A stretch of 63,788 nucleotides of DNA, filler included, from Stramenopiles sp. TOSAG23-2 (lineage: Eukaryota), in NCBI GenBank assembly GCA_900128395.1. It is 9 parts of 9 records of this genome, joined end to end, with 100 filler letters (N's around TTAATTAATTAA, not from the genome) between each part and the next. Parts side by side here need not be neighbours in the genome. Positions count along the whole stretch, not along the records: positions 58,990 to 60,522 come from LT652730.1; positions 60,623 to 62,155 come from LT652731.1; positions 62,256 to 63,788 come from LT652732.1; 6 more parts are not named here. One strand, 5' to 3'. The notes under the pieces were generated by a model. The model had not been told where the DNA came from. It did not search any database and saw nothing but the letters and a program-made list of their open reading frames with translations. This document shows positions 59,420 through 63,788 of the stretch, in pieces; the first letter of the stretch is position 1, and each line of letters opens with the position of its first letter. A program made the position numbers and the translations under genes.

Positions 59420-60061
59420 ACACTAAATGATGTAACGCTAAATGAGAAATGTGGAGCTACGTTATTATCAGTTGGTAAATTGTGTGATGATACTGGTAAC
59501 ACTTTTTCCTTTACAACAGCAGGGTGCTTTATGTTCGATACGAAGGAATTAGCTGGGTTAATTAATGACGGCAAATTGAAAGTCCAGAAAGTCGCTCATA
59601 GGTTCAAGACCACCGGAGAGGTTGGCGATCTATATCGATTCGACAAGAAAATGTTGAAAAGCGATTTTACAGAATTTGACGGGATAAATTTGGCAAGTGC
59701 TAAAAGGTCAAAAGATGAAAATATCAATTCCAAAATTTCCGCTAATAAAATTTCCGAAAAATTAGATTTAGAAAATGAAGATGCAAAAGTTTCTAAACAT
59801 TTGAGTTACCTTGGTAGCAGAGATGTCAAATCACCAAATGACGCCTTCAATTGGCATTTAAGAACAGGCCATATGGGTATTTCAACCTTAGAACAAATGA
59901 AATCTAACGGTTGGATCGATTACAATGCCAAACATTTGAAAAACCTCCCAAACTTATCGTGTCGTGGCTGCTTACGTAGCGTAAATCATAAGCATGTTCA
60001 TAAGCGACGAGATGCAACAGTACGCAATAGCGGGAGGAAGGTGGGATACGTCTTGCCATAA
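59420..60061 (+). mobile_element. Degenerate Ty1/copia pol fragment (post-protease region and GAG-pre-integrase zinc-binding motif)
   Basis: TLLSVGKLCDDTGNTFSFTTAGC and FNWHLRTGHMG...LSCRGC (WH.R.GH...CxxC). No integrase core follows. Confidence 0.7.
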
Positions 60062-60622
60062 TTGTGGTAATGATCCTGAAGATGAAACTGGAACGTGTAG
60101 TCGTTGCGGTCAATGGTACTGTGGGGACTGCCGAGACCATGAATTAGAGTGCTGTATTACGTGTGCAGAGATTGACTAATTTTTTTTAAATTAATACTTA
60201 TAATATTTTAAAAAAAGGTACGACACTTTTTTGATTTTTTAACTTGCGTAAGATCCTCCTATTTATACCAGGTACTCTCGAAACATCTCGGACTGTTCCC
60301 ACTTTCTTATACTTGTTAGTATAAGAACAGCACTACTAACAAATATAAAATTTGGTGAGGCTGGTCACAGCCCTCGAATGAAACTCAGAATTTGGTTGAC
60401 AGGTCCTGGAGGCCAAAAAATATCATACAATACTATTACCATGCTATTTGAAAATGGTACATCTACACATACATTTGTATAAAAAATGTATTTGAACAAT
60501 ATTTATATCAATACAACGAATCNNNNNNNNNNNNNNNNNNNNNNNNNNNNNNNNNNNNNNNNNNNNTTAATTAATTAANNNNNNNNNNNNNNNNNNNNNN
60601 NNNNNNNNNNNNNNNNNNNNNN

Positions 60623-61153
60623 GCGTTATTAAAAGAAGATTTAGCAACAGCTGTTTGTGCATCATTCCCAGAAATTGTATCGGATTTCAAATTTATCAGG
60701 TACTTGCGTGGATATGGTAGTGTCGAAGAGGGAGTAAAAGCTTATCGTAAAATGTTAACAACACGAGCAAAGTATACCCATGTTGATGAAATGCGTAAAT
60801 TAATTGGGGAAGATATTGAAAATACAGGAATTAATGGGAAACAACCTGATTTTCTAAAGTATGCTAAAGATGAAAATGAGAAAAAAGAACTAAAATTATT
60901 TGCTGATATTGAAAAAACTTTATTTGGCATGACAGCTGATGGTATTCCATATGCATATCGATGCTATGCAAATATGGATCCTGATGCAGCAATTGATGGT
61001 ATGGGTGGAGATCCTACGCAATGTGCAGATATGCTTGAGAAATTTGAAACAATTAAAGGTGTTTTAAATGAATTAAAATTTGATGCATTGTCACGTAAAA
61101 GTGGTAAAGTCGCAAGATTGATGTTTATATCTGACTCAACTGGTCTTTCTTAA
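60623..61153 (+). CDS. CRAL-TRIO/Sec14-like lipid-binding protein fragment
   Basis: SDFKFIRYLRGY..VEEG..AYRKML..R, GMTADGIP, LMFISDSTGLS. Open at the 5' edge and ends mid-domain. Confidence 0.6.
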   Translation, partial: ALLKEDLATAVCASFPEIVSDFKFIRYLRGYGSVEEGVKAYRKMLTTRAKYTHVDEMRKLIGEDIENTGINGKQPDFLKYAKDENEKKELKLFADIEKTLFGMTADGIPYAYRCYANMDPDAAIDGMGGDPTQCADMLEKFETIKGVLNELKFDALSRKSGKVARLMFISDSTGLS

Positions 61154-61489
61154 ATCTTCTTTAAATTGTCTACATTCGGTCCATTCCGGTGCCAATTCAC
61201 AATGTACATGTATTTTTGTCTTCCATGCCATACGCATGCATAACGGCCGACAAAAAGACTTACGACACTGTGCAACAATGTCTTTACATAATTTTGGATG
61301 CCTTTTTTCCAAATTTCCACGACATTTACAAAATGCGTCCATACCAGTTTTGCAAGATGTTGCTACACCTTTTATCCCTAATCTTTCCCTATGCTCCGTC
61401 ATACTTTTCAATGAATCGACCAAGTAAATACATTGTATGCATGAAATGATTACTAGAAAGAAATGGAAAAATGACATTGATTTTCTCAT
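61136..61489 (-). CDS. Secreted Cys-rich protein, probably truncated
   Basis: ATG at 61489 with a signal peptide (FFHFFLVIISCIQCIYLVDS). Multiple Cys (FCKC, LC..IVAQC..SFC.PLC). Confidence 0.6.
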   Translation of the reverse strand: MRKSMSFFHFFLVIISCIQCIYLVDSLKSMTEHRERLGIKGVATSCKTGMDAFCKCRGNLEKRHPKLCKDIVAQCRKSFCRPLCMRMAWKTKIHVHCELAPEWTECRQFKEDLRKTS

Positions 61490-62415
61490 ATTTCTTAGTA
61501 TTATATATATATACACAACTGTCGTTTTTTTTTTTAATTATTTTCTTAAATTTTGGTATGTAATTATTTATAATAATAATAAGAAATATATATATATATA
61601 TTGTATTTCGTTAGAACTTTACAACAATACTATATATATATATATATAACAACACAAACTTACACACACACACACTAATACGTATGTCTCCAAATTTGTT
61701 CTCTTAATCTGTTTTTGTTCATTAATTATCTCTCTCCACACCCCATTTGTAAATTGTTTCCATATCTACACAGTCGTCTAAAAAAATCACTTCTTTTTTT
61801 ATCATCATCGTCTTTTCTTCATCATCCCTCTATTATTATGTTGTGCAGTTGTTGTGCTGTCCAGCTGTTGCATCCTCCTCTCTCCTCCTCATTTCTTTCC
61901 CTCTCCTCTCCTTGTACCTGACATAATGTCCTTAGTCTACGAATAGCATAGCGGGGTTTTCTGAGTACTCTCCTAGGTGATGGTACTAGACGACTATATA
62001 CAGTGCTAACTAAGCTAAAGCGTCACTAATAGTTGGATCTGTAAAATATTAATACCTTAATATATACTCTCACTTCGAAACAGTTAAATATATAAATATA
62101 ATGAATTAAATTAATATTTGTTGTTTGATGTATTGGATAATATTTAATCTAATTCNNNNNNNNNNNNNNNNNNNNNNNNNNNNNNNNNNNNNNNNNNNNT
62201 TAATTAATTAANNNNNNNNNNNNNNNNNNNNNNNNNNNNNNNNNNNNNNNNNNNNTAGCAATGGTGTAGATGCATATAATGATATTTGGAAACAACTTTA
62301 TCATTAAAAATAAACGAAAAAAATATAAAAATAAAAAATAAAAAGAAATACTTTATAAAGGTACTCTCGTAGAATCACACACACATATATACACAACAAA
62401 CATTTCTTTTTTGTG

Positions 62416-63369
62416 TTATAAAGTTTGCTCTCTTGATACACGTTTCATGGGATGTTTTTTCCCATCTTCACCAATAACAAATTCAGGGATTTGCAACATT
62501 GAATTCCCAAGTGTAACATTTCCACTTTGTGTGCCATTTCCCCCTTCCATCATGCCGAGCGTACCGTAACTTTTCAAACCCAAACGTACCTTTAATTTAT
62601 CAGAAGCTTCGTCTAAAACTTCTTGTAACGTTGTGACACCCCAATTTTCTTGTTGTCTTAACCATGGTAATGCAAAGAAAACACCTACAGATCTTCTAGG
62701 TGCACCGGTTTTGTTAATACCTGTGCCATGCCATACCCTACCATCCCAAATGATCAAAGATCCTTTTGGTGCCGAAATTGGTGATATTAAATCACGTGAC
62801 GGTGGTCTGTTTAGATATTCTGCTGGCCAACGATGACTGCCAGGAACAATGTGGGTGCCACCATCTTCAGGTGTAAATTCATCCAACGTAAAGAAACCAA
62901 CGGCACTTGTACAGAAATCTGCAGTTGCTGGGACATAACCTTGATCACGATGCAATACTTGAGGTGTTTCCTCTGGACCAGTAAAATAAGATGCCGTTAA
63001 CGAGTGAAGTAAAAATTGCCTTCCAAATAAAAATTCATACATATCATCAACAACATCATGAGTCACTAAATTTAAGAATTCTTTCCCTTTATTTACACAA
63101 TTGGATATAATATTTTTTCCAACACGTTCTTTTCTTAGACCATTTGCAACTTCGCCTTTTCTTTGTCGATCCAACTTATCACGTAACATTTCAATTTCCT
63201 CATTAGACAATACATTTGTTAACACGCATACACCAAATTCAGCAAGATGTTTCTTTGCCAGTTCTCTGGACGGTGTCGGTTCTGGTAGTTCCAATACCGT
63301 CGGTCCATTTAATTTTGGATATGGCGTATATTTTGTTTGGCGATGCGCTGCTAACTTCACTCTGCTCAT
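62416..63369 (-). CDS. PhyH-family Fe(II)/2OG dioxygenase
   Basis: FGVCVLTNVL, QVLHRD, LDEFTPEDGGTHIVPGSHRW, PKGSLIIWDGRVWHGTGIN, WLRQQEN. Confidence 0.9.
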   Translation of the reverse strand: MSRVKLAAHRQTKYTPYPKLNGPTVLELPEPTPSRELAKKHLAEFGVCVLTNVLSNEEIEMLRDKLDRQRKGEVANGLRKERVGKNIISNCVNKGKEFLNLVTHDVVDDMYEFLFGRQFLLHSLTASYFTGPEETPQVLHRDQGYVPATADFCTSAVGFFTLDEFTPEDGGTHIVPGSHRWPAEYLNRPPSRDLISPISAPKGSLIIWDGRVWHGTGINKTGAPRRSVGVFFALPWLRQQENWGVTTLQEVLDEASDKLKVRLGLKSYGTLGMMEGGNGTQSGNVTLGNSMLQIPEFVIGEDGKKHPMKRVSREQTL

Positions 63370-63788
63370 GATTTTATGATATTATAATATATATTTTGTT
63401 TGTATTACTCTTTAGATAGATAGGTGTTTATTATACAAATTCTTTCTTTCAACATTATTGTGGGTATATTTTATATATTATATATTTATATTATTATTAC
63501 TTCTTGGTATAATAGGTAGGACACATCATGTGATGGATATTATTATTATAATTGTTGTGCAATTGTTGGTGGTGGTGGATAAATAATAATAATAAAAAAA
63601 AAGATGGATTATTATTATTATATATTAATTATTACCAGATTACATCAGTAACAGGATATAATAAATAATAATAAATAATATATATTTCGTGTGGTATGGT
63701 ATATATCATAATCTATCTATTTCTTTCTTCTAGTTATTGTGTTTAAATACTGTAAGATATATATAGGGCGCAAGATGAATGAATTACA

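Noticed and set aside
26150..62255. Regularly spaced TTAATTAATTAA motif (every ~1633 bp in the last 11 kb) resembling a repeat array
   Set aside because: It is embedded in N runs and is a synthetic six-frame-stop linker between similarly sized contigs.
52455..63788. Apparent cluster of FG-GAP, EGF, phospholipase C, copia and PhyH genes as an 'island'
   Set aside because: Each lies on a separate ~1.5-kb contig, so the adjacency is artificial.
1..63788. tRNA or rRNA genes
   Set aside because: None recognised by eye. A tRNAscan-SE or Rfam run would be needed to exclude them.

Overview
AT-rich, gene-dense eukaryotic nuclear DNA with no prokaryotic features. It has poly-Asn tracts, (TA)n/(CA)n microsatellites and a few short GT-AG introns. 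The window is nine separate contigs joined by artificial 100-bp linkers (44 N + TTAATTAATTAA + 44 N): 1-26149, 26250-52354 and seven of about 1.53 kb, so adjacency across linkers has no biological meaning. Cilium/centriole genes (CEP131, KIF3B-type kinesin-2, a CFAP97-like pair, IQ proteins) indicate a flagellate. A marine heterotrophic stramenopile (MAST-like SAG/MAG) is my inference and is not proven. Many genes are frameshifted by exact 60-130 bp tandem duplications that look like assembly artefacts. Best leads: (1) a Cys-type glutathione transferase whose catalytic Cys codon is an in-frame TGA (probable selenoprotein, missed by the ORF track); (2) a secreted Cys-rich protein with a PT-TG-like pre-toxin segment typical of bacterial polymorphic toxins; (3) a degenerate acyl-adenylation domain fused to 4-5 WH2 repeats and TPRs; (4) bacterial-type NamZ muramidase and DUF756 phospholipase C in eukaryotic context; (5) a head-to-head pair of repeat-expanded CFAP97-like paralogues; (6) a disrupted GRL/DUF3537-like 7TM channel candidate; (7) recurrent non-coding motifs and a MITE-like hairpin. 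All family assignments come from motif recognition by eye, not database searches.
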